From Eledone cirrhosa (taxonomy: Eukaryota), in assembly GCA_964016885.1 (NCBI GenBank), contig OZ024764.1:20398001-20462000 (forward strand): a DNA stretch of 64,000 bases, given 5' to 3'. The number at the start of each line of letters is the position of its first letter. The first letter of the stretch is position 1. Shown here piece after piece: positions 37,201 to 50,964 of this stretch. The position numbers and the translations under genes are program-made. The notes beneath the pieces were generated by a model that did not search any database, was not told the DNA's origin, and was given only the letters and a program-made list of their open reading frames with translations.

Positions 37201-40200
37201 ATCTGATTATGTGTTGTATGTGGTCCTAGCATGTGTGTATTATCTGATTATGTGTTGTATGTGGTCCTAGATGTGTGTATTATCTGATTATGTGTTGTAT
37301 GTGGTCCTACATGTGTGTATTATCTGATTATGTGTTGTATGTGGTCCTAGCATGTGTGTATTATCTGATTATGTGTTGTATGTGGTCCTAGATGTGTGTA
37401 TTATCTGATTATGTGTTGTATGTGGTCCTACGATGTGTGTATTATCTGATTATGTGTTGTATGTGGTCCTACATGTGTGTATTATCTGATTATGTGTTGT
37501 ATGTGGTCCTAGATGTGTGTATTATCTGATTATGTGTTGTATGTGGTCCTACATGTGTGTATTATCTGATTATGTGTTGTATGTGGTCCTACATGTGTGT
37601 ATTATCTGATTATGTGTTGTATGTGGTCCTACATGTGTGTATTATCTGATTATGTGTTGTATGTGGTCCTACATGTGTGTATTATCTGATTATGTGTTGT
37701 ATGTGGTCCTACATGTGTGTATTATCTGATTATGTGTTGTATGTGGTCCTAGATGTGTGTATTATCTGATTATGTGTTGTATGTGGTCCTAGATGTGTGT
37801 ATTATCTGATTATGTGTTGTATGTGGTCCTACATGTGTGTATTATCTGATTATGTGTTGTATGTGGTCCTACATGTGTGTATTATCTGATTATGTGTTGT
37901 ATGTGGTCCTACATGTGTGTATTATCTGATTATATGTTGTACATGGTCCTAGATGTGTGTATTATCTGATTATGTGTTGTATGTGGTCCTAGATGTGTGT
38001 ATTATCTGATTATGTGTTGTATGTGGTCCTAGATGTGTGTATTATCTGATTATGTGTTGTATGTGGTCCTAGATGTGTGTATTATCTGATTATGTGTTGT
38101 ATGTGTTCCTAGATGTGTGTATTATCTGATTATGTGTTGTATGTGGTCCTACATGTGTGTATTATCTGATTATGTGTTGTATGTGGTCCTAGATGTGTTT
38201 ATTATCTGATTATGTGTTGTATGTGGTCCTAGATGTGTGTATTATCTGATTATGTGTTGTATGTAGTCCTAGATGTGTGTATTATCTGATTATGTGTTGT
38301 ATGTGGTCCTAAATGTGTGTATTATCTGATTATATGTTGTATGTAGTCCTAGATGTGTGTATTATCTGATTATGTGTTGTATGTGGTCCTAGATGTGTTT
38401 ATTATCTGATTATGTGTTGTATGTGGTCCTAGATGTGTTTATTATCTGATTATGTGTTGTATGTGGTCCTAGATGTGTTTATTATCTGATTATGTGTTGT
38501 ATGTAGTCCTAGATGTGTGTATTATCTGATTATGTGTTGTATGTGGTCCTAGATGTGTGTATTATCTGATTATGTGTTGTATGTGGTCCTAAATGTGTGT
38601 ATTATCTGATTATGTGTTGTATGTAGTCCTAGATGTGTGTATTATCTGATTATGTGTTGTATGTAGTCCTAGATGTGTGTATTATCTGATTATGTGTTGT
38701 ATGTGGTCCTAAATGTGTGTATTATCTGATTATATGTTGTATGTAGTCCTAGATGTGTGTATTATCTGATTATGTGTTGTATGTGGTCCTAGATGTGTTT
38801 ATTATCTGATTATGTGTTGTATGTGGTCCTAGATGTGTTTATTATCTGATTATGTGTTGTATGTGGTCCTAGATGTGTTTATTATCTGATTATGTGTTGT
38901 ATGTAGTCCTAGATGTGTGTATTATCTGATTATGTGTTGTATGTGGTCCTAGATGTGTGTATTATCTGATTATGTGTTGTATGTGGTCCTAAATGTGTGT
39001 ATTATCTGATTATGTGTTGTATGTAGTCCTAGATGTGTGTATTATCTGATTATGTGTTGTATGTGGTCCTAAATGTGTGTATTATCTGATTATATGTTGT
39101 ATGTAGTCCTAGATGTGTGTATTATCTGATTATGTGTTGTATGTGGTCCTAGATGTGTGTATTATCTGATTATGTGTTGTATGTGGTCCTAGATGTGTGT
39201 ATTATCTGATTATGTGTTGTATGTTGTCCTAGATGTGTGTATTATCTGATTATGTGTTGTATGTGGTCCTAAATGTGTGTATTATCTGATTATGTGTTGT
39301 ATGTGGTCCTAGATGTGTGTATTATCTGATTATGTGTTGCATGTGGTCCTACATGTGTGTATTATCTGATTATGTGTTGTATGTAGTCCTACATGTGTGT
39401 ATTATCTGATTATGTGTTGTATGTAGTCCTAGATGTGTGTATTATCTGATTATGTGTTGTATGTGGTCCTAGATGTGTGTATTATCTGATTATGTGTTGT
39501 ATGTGGTCCTAGATGTGTGTATTATCTGATTATGTGTTGCATGTGGTCCTACATGTGTGTATTATCTGATTATGTGTTGTATGTAGTCCTAGATGTGTGT
39601 ATTATCTGATTGTGTTGTATGTGGTCCTAGATGTGTGTATTATCTGATTATGTGTTGTATGTGGTCCTAGATGTGTGTATTATCTGATTATGTGTTGTAT
39701 GTGGTCCTAGATGTGTGTATTATCTGATTATGTGTTGTATGTGGTCCTAAATGTGTGTATTATCTGATTATGTGTTGTATGTGGTCCTAGATGTGTGTAT
39801 TATCTGATTATGTGTTGTATGTGGTCCTAGATGTTTGTATTATCTGATTATGTGTTGTATGTGGTCCTAGATGTGTGTATTATCTGATTATGTGTTGTAT
39901 GTGGTCCTAGATGTTTGTATTATCTGATTATGTGTTGTATGTGGTCCTAGATGTGTGTATTATCTGATTATGTGTTGTATGTGGTCCTAGATGTGTGTAT
40001 TATCTGATTATGTGTTGTCTGTGGTCCTAGATGTGTGTATTATCTGATTATGTGTTGTATGTGGTCCTAGATGTGTGTATTATCTGATTATGTGTTGTAT
40101 GCGGTCCTAGATGTGTGTATTATCTGATTATGTGTTGTATGTGGTCCTAGATGTTTGTATTATCTGATTATGTGTTGCATGTGGTCCTACATGTGTGTAT

Positions 40201-43200
40201 TATCTGATTGTGTTGTATGTAGTCCTAGATGTGTGTATTATCTGATTATGTGTTGTATGTGGTCCTAGATGTGTGTATTATCTGATTATGTGTTGTATGT
40301 GGTCCTAGATGTGTGTATTATCTGATTATGTGTTGTATGTGGTCCTAGATGTGTATATTATCTGATTATGTGTTGCATGTGGTCCTACATGTGTGTATTA
40401 TCTGATTATGTGTTGTATGTAGTCCTAGATGTTTGTATTATCTGATTGTGTGTTGCATGTGGTCCTACATGTGTGTATTATCTGATTATGTGTTGTATGT
40501 GGTCCTAGATGTGTGTATTATCTGATTATGTGTTGCATGTGGTCCTACATGTGTGTATTATCTGATTATGTGTTGTATGTAGTCCTACATGTGTGTATTA
40601 TCTGATTATGTGTTGTATGTAGTCCTAGATGTGTGTATTATCTGATTATGTGTTGTATGTGTTCCTAGATGTGTGTATTATCTGATTATGTGTTGTATGT
40701 GGTCCTAGATGTGTGTATTATCTGATTATGTGTTGTATGTAGTCCTAGATGTATGTATTATCTGATTATGTGTTGTATGTGGTCCTAGATGTGTGTATTA
40801 TCTGATTATGTGTTGTATGTGGTCCTAGATGTGTGTATTATCTGATTATGTGTTGTATGTGGTCCTAGATGTTTGTATTATCTGATTATATGTTGTATGT
40901 GGTGCTAGGTGTGTGTATTATCTGATTATGTGTTGTATGTGGTCCTAGATGTGTGTGTTATCTGATTATGTGTTGTATGTGGTCCTAGATGTGTGTATTA
41001 TCTGATTATGTGTTGTATGTAGTCCTAGATGTGTGTATTATCTGATTATGTGTTGTATGTGGTCCTAGATGTTTGTATTATCTGATTATGTGTTGTATGT
41101 GGTCCTAGATGTGTGTATTATCTGATTATGTGTTGTATGTGGTCCTAGATGTTTGTATTATCTGATTATGTGTTGTATGTGGTCCTAGATGTGTGTATTA
41201 TCTGATTATGTGTTGTATGTGGTCCTAGATGTGTGTATTATCTGATTATGTGTTGTCTGTGGTCCTAGATGTGTGTATTATCTGATTATGTGTTGTATGT
41301 GGTCCTAGATGTGTGTATTATCTGATTATGTGTTGTATGTGGTCCTAGATGTGTGTATTATCTGATTATGTGTTGTATGTGGTCCTAGATGTGTGTATTA
41401 TCTGATTAAATGTTGTATGTGGTCCTAGATATTTGTATTATCTGATTATGTGTTGCATGTGGTCCTACATGTGTGTATTATCTGATTGTGTTGTATGTAG
41501 TCCTAGATGTGTGTATTATCTGATTATGTGTTGTATGTGGTCCTAGATGTGTGTATTATCTGATTATGTGTTGTATGTGGTCCTAGATGTGTGTATTATC
41601 TGATTATGTGTTGTATGTGGTCCTACATGTGTGTATTATCTGATTATGTGTTGTATGTAGTCCTAGATGTGTGTATTATCTGATTATGTGTTGTATGTGG
41701 TCCTAGATGTGTGTATTATCTGATTATGTGTTGTATGTGGTCCTAGATGTGTGTATTATCTGATTATGTGTTGTATGTGGTCCTAGATGTGTGTATTATC
41801 TGATTATGTGTTGTATGTGGTCCTAGATGTGTGTATTATCTGATTATGTGTTGTATGTAGTCCTAGATGTGTGTATTATCTGATTGTGTTGTATGTGGTC
41901 CTAGATGTGTGTATTATCTGATTATGTGTTGTATGTGGTCCTAGATGTGTGTATTATCTGATTATGTGTTGTATGTGGTCCTAGATGTGTGTATTATCTG
42001 ATTATGTGTTGTATGTGGTCCTAAATGTGTGTATTATCTGATTATGTGTTGTATGTGGTCCTAGATGTGTGTATTATCTGATTATGTGTTGCATGTGGTC
42101 CTACATGTGTGTATTATCTGATTATGTGTTGTATGTAGTCCTACATGTGTGTATTATCTGATTATGTGTTGTATGTAGTCCTAGATGTGTGTATTATCTG
42201 ATTATGTGTTGTATGTGGTCCTAGATGTGTGTATTATCTGATTATGTGTTGCATGTGGTCCTAGATGTGTGTATTATCTGATTATGTGTTGTATGTGGTC
42301 CTAGATGTGTGTATTATCTGATTATGTGTTGTATGTGGTCCTAGATGTGTGTATTATCTGATTATGTGTTGTATGTAGTCCTAGATGTGTGTATTATCTG
42401 ATTATGTGTTGTATGTGGTCCTAGATGTGTGTATTATCTGATTATGTGTTGTATGTGGTCCTAGACGTGTGTATTATCTGATTATGTGTTGTATGTGGTC
42501 CTAGATGTGTGTATTATCTGATTATGTGTTGTATGTGGTCCTAGATGTGTGTATTATCTGATTATGTGTTGTATGTGGTCCTAGATGTGTGTATTATCTG
42601 ATTATGTGTTGTATGTGGTCCTAGATGTGTGTATTATCTGATTATGTGTTGTATGTAGTCCTAGATGTGTGTATTATCTGATTATGTGTTGTATGTGGTC
42701 CTAGATGTGTGTATTATCTGATTATGTGTTGTATGTGGTCCTAGATGTGTGTATTATCTGATTATGTGTTGTATGTGGTCCTAGATGTGTTTATTATCTG
42801 ATTATGTGTTGTATGTGGTCCTAGATGTGTGTATTATCTGATTATGTGTTGTATGTGGTCCTAGATGTTTGTATTATCTGATTATATGTTGTATGTGGTG
42901 CTAGGTGTGTGTATTATCTGATTATGTGTTGTATGTGGTCCTAGATGTGTGTATTATCTGATTATGTGTTGTATATGGTCCTAGATGTGTGTATTACCTG
43001 ATTATGTGTTATATGTGGTCCTAGATATGTGTATTATCTGATTGTGTTGTATGTGGTCCTAGATGTTTGTATTATCTGATTATGTGTTGTATGTGGTCCT
43101 AGATGTGTGTATTATCTGATTATGTGTTGTATGTGGTCCTACATGTGTGTATTACCTGATTGTGTTGTATGTGGTCCTAGATGTGTGTATTATCTGATTA

Positions 43201-46200
43201 TGTGTTGTATGTGGTCCTAGATGTGTGTATTATCTGATTATGTGTTGTATGTGGTCCTACATGTGTGTATTATCTGATTATGTGTTGCATGTGGTCCTAC
43301 ATGTGTGTATTATCTGATTATGTGTTGTATGTAGTCATAGATGTGTGTATTATCTGATTGTGTTGTATGTGGTCCTAGATGTGTGTATTATCTGATTATG
43401 TGTTGTATGTGGTCCTAGATGTGTGTATTATCTGATTATGTGTTGTATGTGGTCCTAGATGTGTGTATTATCTGATTATGTGTTGTATGTGGTCCTAAAT
43501 GTGTGTATTATCTGATTATGTGTTGTATGTGGTCCTAGATGTGTGTATTATCTGATTATGTGTTGTATGTGGTCCTAGATGTTTGTATTATCTGATTATG
43601 TGTTGTATGTGGTCCTAGATGTGTGTATTATCTGATTATGTGTTGTATGTGGTCCTAGATGTTTGTATTATCTGATTATGTGTTGTATGTGGTCCTAGAT
43701 GTGTGTATTATCTGATTATGTGTTGTATGTGGTCCTAGATGTGTGTATTATCTGATTATGTGTTGTCTGTGGTCCTAGATGTGTGTATTATCTGATTATG
43801 TGTTGTATGTGGTCCTAGATGTGTGTATTATCTGATTATGTGTTGTATGTGGTCCTAGATGTGTGTATTATCTGATTATGTGTTGTATGTGGTCCTAGAT
43901 GTGTGTATTATCTGATTATGTGTTGTATGTGGTCCTAGATGTTTGTATTATCTGATTATGTGTTGCATGTGGTCCTACATGTGTGTATTATCTGATTGTG
44001 TTGTATGTAGTCCTAGATGTGTGTATTATCTGATTATGTGTTGTATGTGGTCCTAGATGTGTGTATTATCTGATTATGTGTTGTATGTGGTCCTAGATGT
44101 GTGTATTATCTGATTATGTGTTGTATGTGGTCCTAGATGTGTATATTATCTGATTATGTGTTGCATGTGGTCCTACATGTGTGTATTATCTGATTATGTG
44201 TTGTATGTAGTCCTAGATGTTTGTATTATCTGATTGTGTGTTGCATGTGGTCCTACATGTGTGTATTATCTGATTATGTGTTGTATGTGGTCCTAGATGT
44301 GTGTATTATCTGATTATGTGTTGCATGTGGTCCTACATGTGTGTATTATCTGATTATGTGTTGTATGTAGTCCTACATGTGTGTATTATCTGATTATGTG
44401 TTGTATGTAGTCCTAGATGTGTGTATTATCTGATTATGTGTTGTATGTGGTCCTAGATGTGTGTATTATCTGATTATGTGTTGTATGTGGTCCTAGATGT
44501 GTGTATTATCTGATTATGTGTTGTATGTAGTCCTAGATGTGTGTATTATCTGATTATGTGTTGTATGTGGTCCTAGATGTGTGTATTATCTGATTATGTG
44601 TTGTATGTGGTCCTAGATGTGTGTATTATCTGATTATGTGTTGTATGTGGTCCTAGATGTTTGTATTATCTGATTATATGTTGTGTGTGTATTATCTGAT
44701 TATGTGTTGTATATGGTCCTAGATGTGTGTATTACCTGATTATGTGTTATATGTGGTCCTAGATGTGTGTATTATCTGATTGTGTTGTATGTGGTCCTAG
44801 ATGTTTGTATTATCTGATTATGTGTTGTATGTGGTCCTAGATGTTTGTATTATCTGATTATGTGTTGTATGTGGTCCTAGATGTGTGTATTATCTGATTA
44901 TGTGTTGTATGTGGTCCTAGATGTTTGTATTATCTGATTATGTGTTGTATGTAGTCCTAGATGTGTGTATTATCTGATTATGTGTTGTATGTGGTCCTAG
45001 ATGTGTGTATTATCTGATTATGTGTTGCATGTGGTCCTAGATGTGTGTATTATCTGATTATGTGTTGTATGTGGTCCTAGATGTGTGTATTATCTGATTA
45101 TGTGTTGTATGTGGTCCTAGATGTGTGTATTATCTGATTATGTGTTGTATGTAGTCCTAGATGTGTGTATTATCTGATTATGTGTTGTATGTGGTCCTAG
45201 ATGTGTGTATTATCTGATTATGTGTTGTATGTGGTCCTAGACGTGTGTATTATCTGATTATGTGTTGTATGTGGTCCTAGATGTGTGTATTATCTGATTA
45301 TGTGTTGTATGTGGTCCTAGATGTGTGTATTATCTGATTATGTGTTGTATGTGGTCCTAGATGTGTGTATTATCTGATTATGTGTTGTATGTGGTCCTAG
45401 ATGTGTGTATTATCTGATTATGTGTTGTATGTAGTCCTAGATGTGTGTATTATCTGATTATGTGTTGTATGTGGTCCTAGATGTGTGTATTATCTGATTA
45501 TGTGTTGTATGTGGTCCTAGATGTGTGTATTATCTGATTATGTGTTGTATGTGGTCCTAGATGTGTTTATTATCTGATTATGTGTTGTATGTGGTCCTAG
45601 ATGTTTGTATTATCTGATTATATGTTGTATGTGGTGCTAGGTGTGTGTATTATCTGATTATGTGTTGTATGTGGTCCTAGATGTGTGTATTATCTGATTA
45701 TGTGTTGTATATGGTCCTAGATGTGTGTATTACCTGATTATGTGTTATATGTGGTCCTAGATATGTGTATTATCTGATTGTGTTGTATGTGGTCCTAGAT
45801 GTTTGTATTATCTGATTATGTGTTGTATGTGGTCCTAGATGTGTGTATTATCTGATTATGTGTTGTATGTGGTCCTACATGTGTGTATTACCTGATTGTG
45901 TTGTATGTGCTCCTAGATGTGTGTATTATCTGATTATGTGTTGTATGTGGTCCTAGATGTGTGTATTATCTGATTATGTGTTGTATGTGGTCCTAGATGT
46001 GTGTATTATCTGATTATGTGTTGCATGTGGTCCTACATGTGTGTATTATCTGATTATGTGTTGTATGTAGTCATAGATGTGTGTATTATCTGATTGTGTT
46101 GTATGTGGTCCTAGATGTGTGTATTATCTGATTATGTGTTGTATGTGGTCCTAGATGTGTGTATTATCTGATTATGTGTTGTATGTGGTCCTAGATGTGT

Positions 46201-49200
46201 GTATTATCTGATTATGTGTTGTATGTGGTCCTAAATGTGTGTATTATCTGATTATGTGTTGTATGTGGTCCTAGATGTGTGTATTATCTGATTATGTGTT
46301 GTATGTGGTCCTAGATGTTTGTATTATCTGATTATGTGTTGTATGTGGTCCTAGATGTGTGTATTATCTGATTATGTGTTGTCTGTGGTCCTAGATGTGT
46401 GTATTATCTGATTATGTGTTGTATGTGGTCCTAGATGTGTGTATTATCTGATTATGTGTTGTATGTGGTCCTAGATGTGTGTATTATCTGATTATGTGTT
46501 GTATGTGGTCCTAGATGTGTGTATTATCTGATTATGTGTTGTATGTGGTCCTAGATGTTTGTATTATCTGATTATGTGTTGCATGTGGTCCTACATGTGT
46601 GTATTATCTGATTGTGTTGTATGTAGTCCTAGATGTGTGTATTATCTGATTATGTGTTGTATGTGGTCCTAGATGTGTGTATTATCTGATTATGTGTTGT
46701 ATGTGGTCCTAGATGTGTGTATTATCTGATTATGTGTTGTATGTGGTCCTAGATGTGTATATTATCTGATTATGTGTTGCATGTGGTCCTACATGTGTGT
46801 ATTATCTGATTATGTGTTGTATGTAGTCCTAGATGTTTGTATTATCTGATTGTGTGTTGCATGTGGTCCTACATGTGTGTATTATCTGATTATGTGTTGT
46901 ATGTGGTCCTAGATGTGTGTATTATCTGATTATGTGTTGCATGTGGTCCTACATGTGTGTATTATCTGATTATGTGTTGTATGTTGTCCTACATGTGTGT
47001 ATTATCTGATTATGTGTTGTATGTAGTCCTAGATGTGTGTATTATCTGATTATGTGTTGTATGTGGTCCTAGATGTGTGTATTATCTGATTATGTGTTGT
47101 ATGTGGTCCTAGATGTGTGTATTATCTGATTATGTGTTGTATGTAGTCCTAGATGTGTGTATTATCTGATTATGTGTTGTATGTGGTCCTAGATGTGTGT
47201 ATTATCTGATTATGTGTTGTATGTGGTCCTAGATGTGTGTATTATCTGATTATGTGTTGTATGTGGTCCTAGATGTTTGTATTATCTGATTATATGTTGT
47301 GTGTGTATTATCTGATTATGTGTTGTATATGGTCCTAGATGTGTGTATTACCTGATTATGTGTTATATGTGGTCCTAGATGTGTGTATTATCTGATTGTG
47401 TTGTATGTGGTCCTAGATGTTTGTATTATCTGATTATGTGTTGTATGTGGTCCTAGATGTTTGTATTATCTGATTATGTGTTGCATGTGGTCCTACATGT
47501 GTGTATTATCTGATTATGTGTTGCATGTGGTCCTACATGTGTGTATTATCTGATTATGTGTTGTATGTGGTCCTAGATGTGTGTATTATCTGATTATGTG
47601 TTGCATGTGGTCCTACATGTGTGTATTATCTGATTATGTGTTGTATGTGGTCCTAGATGTGTGTATTATCTGATTATGTGTTGTATGTGGTCCTAGATGT
47701 TTGTATTATCTGATTATGTGTTGTCTGTGGTCCTAGATGTGTGTATTATCTGATTATGTGTTGTCTGTGGTCCTAGATGTGTGTATTATCTGATTATGTG
47801 TTGTATGTGGTCCTAGATGTGTGTATTATCTGATTATGTGTTGTATGTGGTCCTACATGTGTGTATTATCTGATTATGTGTTGTATGTGGTCCTAGATGT
47901 GTGTATTATCTGATTATGTGTTGTATGTGGTCCTAGATGTGTGTATTATCTGATTATGTGTTGTATGTGGTCCTACATGTGTGTATTACCTGATTGTGTT
48001 GTATGTGGTCCTAGATGTGTGTATTATCTGATTATGTGTTGTATGTGGTCCTAGATGTGTGTATTATCTGATTATGTGTTGTATGTGGTCCTACATGTGT
48101 GTATTATCTGATTATGTGTTGTATGTGGTCCTAGATGTGTGTATTATCTGATTATGTGTTGTATGTGGTCCTAGATGTGTGTATTATCTGATTATGTGTT
48201 GTATGTAGTCCTAGATGTGTGTATTATCTGATTATGTGTTGTATGTGGTCCTACATGTGTGTATTAGCTGATTATGTGTTGTATGTGGTCCTAGATGTGT
48301 GTATTATCTGATTATGTGTTGTATGTGGTCCTAGATGTGTGTATTATCTGATTATGTGTTGTATGTGGTCCTACATGTGTGTATTATCTGATTATGTGTT
48401 GTATGTGGTCCTAGACGTGTGTATTATCTGATTATGTGTTGTATGTGGTCCTAGATGTGTGTATTATCTGATTATGTGTTGTATGTGGTCCTAGATGTGT
48501 GTATTATCTGATTATGTGTTGTATGTGGTCCTAGATGTGTGTATTATCTGATTATGTGTTGTATGTGGTCCTAGATGTGTGTATTAGCTGATTATGTGTT
48601 GTATGTGGTCCTAGATGTGTGTATTATCTGATTATGTGTTGTATGTGGTCCTACATGTGTGTATTATCTGATTATGTGTTGTATGTGGTCCTAGATGTGT
48701 GTATTATCTGATTATGTGTTGTATGTGGTCCTAGATGTGTGTATTATCTGATTATGTTGTATGTGGTCCTACATGTGTGTATTATCTGATTATGTGTTGT
48801 ATGTGGTCCTAGACGTGTGTATTATCTGATTATGTGTTGTATGTGGTCCTAGATGTGTGTATTATCTGATTATGTGTTGCATGTGGTCCTAGATGTGTGT
48901 ATTATCTGATTATGTGTTGTATGTGGTCCTAGATGTGTGTATTATCTGATTATGTGTTGCATGTGGTCCTAGATGTGTGTATTATCTGATTATGTGTTGT
49001 ATGTGGTCCTAGATGTGTGTATTATCTGATTATGTGTTGTATGTGGTCCTAGATGTGTGTATTATCTGATTATGTGTTGTATGTGGTCCTAGATGTGTGT
49101 ATTAGCTGATTATGTGTTGTATGTGGTCCTAGATGTGTGTATTATCTCATTATGTGTTGTATGTGTTCCTAGATGTGTGTATTATCTGATTATATGTTGT

Positions 49201-49448
49201 ATGTGGTCCTAGATGTGTGTATTATCTGATTATGTGTTGTATGTGGTCCTAGATGTGTGTATTATCTGATTATGTGTTGTATGTGGTCCTACATGTGTGT
49301 ATTTTCTGATTATGTGTTGTATGTGGTCCTAGATGTGTGTATTATCTGATTATGTGTTGTATGTGGTCCTAGATGTGTGTATTATCTGATTATGTGTTGT
49401 ATGTGGTCCTACATGTGTGTATTTTCTGATTATGTGGTCCTAGATGTG
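22213..49448. repeat. 40-bp satellite array, ~680 copies
   Basis: Consensus AGATGTGTGTATTATCTGATTATGTGTTGTATGTGGTCCT. Recurrent variants are CTAG/CTAC, GTGG/GTAG and a 2-bp deletion. Confidence 0.98.
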
Positions 49449-49614
49449 AGTTCTACTCGCTTCTGTTTTTTTCTTTTCTTTTTTTTTTATTTGTAATATT
49501 ATTTATACAATAAGGAATAAAATAAATCTACATAGTGTTAACTCGTTATGGTTGAGTCAATAATTTTAGACAAGATTCTGTCTGCGCTCAAAGTGTCTTT
49601 GACCCAGTTGACTG

Positions 49615-49792
49615 TGGGTTTTTCCATTTTTAGGATCCCAATTACCGGTTAACGTCTCAATTACTGGACATGCCTGCACACCTGCTCACAGCTGTAGACA
49701 GCATAACTATAGTCTGACCGCAGGTGTGCAGGCATGTCCGGTAATTGAGACGTTAACCGGTAATTGAGATCCTAAAAAATGGAAAAAACCCA
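49615..49792. repeat. Inverted repeat, ~71-bp arms, 34-nt loop
   Basis: TGGGTTTTTCC...GCACACCTGC (49615-49685) pairs with GCAGGTGTGC...GGAAAAAACCCA (49720-49792). Confidence 0.9.
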
Positions 49793-49967
49793 GCACCCCC
49801 ATAACCCCCTCCCCCAGCTCCAAACGCCCCCCTAACGCGACCTTGCTCCCAAACGCCCCCCTAACGCGACCTTGCTCTCAACCGCCCCCCCTGGAGTTCT
49901 GAAATGCCCCCCCCCCCCCCCCCCCCCCGGGATCATATGCCCCTCGTTGAGAACCTTTGATCTACAC

Positions 49968-50880
49968 CATCATCATAATTTTACGTCCGTTTTTCAATCC
50001 TGGCATGGGTTGGTGGGTCCTTTTAAGCACAACATCTCACCACTAGCTTGTTCCTTCGTCATCTGTAAGTCACAGCAATTTGAGATCAGCTCTCACCACA
50101 CCTACCCTCGGCTCCCTCTAGTATGGCTTCCCTTCTCTGGTTTTCTGTGGCACTTCTTTAACCAGTGATTACTAATTTCTTCCTCATTTAATCCAAGCTC
50201 TGCCTTCCTCTCACATTTACGTTGCACACCCAACGAAGCATGGTTGCTCCATTTCTCTCTAGCTTATGCATGTCTTCTGCAGTTACTGCCCATGTTTCAC
50301 TTCCATGCAGTATTGCACTTTACACACAAGCATTGTACAGCCAACATCTTTGTACGTAGGGAGAAACCTGTATTTGCCAACAGTGGAAGTAGCTCTCTAA
50401 ACTTCAATCCTATCCTCTCTTACGAGGCACCCTCCTCTGCTGCTAATTAGGTTACCTAGATAGCGGAAGCTATCATTGTGTACAGTTTATGCCTACTTCT
50501 ATCCTACATGCGCAGTAGGGTCACTTATTCTCTAGTTCTTTTATGGATGCAGCTATAAGGACCAGATCATTCACATTAGACTGTTTCCCATGAACAGCCA
50601 GTCTTAAACCCATTGGTTATGGCCTGGAGAACTATGAAGAACAGCAGTGGGTTGTGAACTGTACCATGATGAACACCTACCTGTACATTGAATTCCTCAC
50701 TAAACTCCCTTCCTATTCTCACTTTACTGACAGGTCCACTGTACATGGCTTGCACTGCTCTCAAAAGCCATTCTCCACCTAATTTTCTGAAGGACCACCA
50801 GATAATAGAGTAAGGTACTCTGTCAAAGGCATTTTCTAGATCTAGGATCTTCTCTTGTAGTTGTCTCACTAACAAGTTTC
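49968..50880 (-). mobile_element. RTE LINE fragments (RT to 3' end)
   Basis: DLENAFDRVP...VGVHHGTVHNPLLF, with a (GAT)n tail at ~49968. Confidence 0.8.
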
Positions 50881-50964
50881 ATCAGTAATTCCAAAGAGAA
50901 TGTCAATTATATGTGTGTGTGTGTTGAACAATGAACATAAAACAAAAGTCTAAGATTGCTTCTT

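Larger units (their letters stand above)
22059..49959. mobile_element. Non-autonomous hAT-type DNA transposon inflated to 27.9 kb by an internal satellite
   Basis: TIR CAAAGGTTCTCAAC (22059-22072) / GTTGAGAACCTTTG (49946-49959). Exact 8-bp TSD ATCTACAC (22051-22058, 49960-49967). Subterminal AAACGCCCCC motifs at both ends. Confidence 0.9.

Noticed and set aside
22213-49448. CRISPR-like array
   Set aside because: The monomers are head-to-tail with no unique spacers, there are no cas genes, and the context is eukaryotic.
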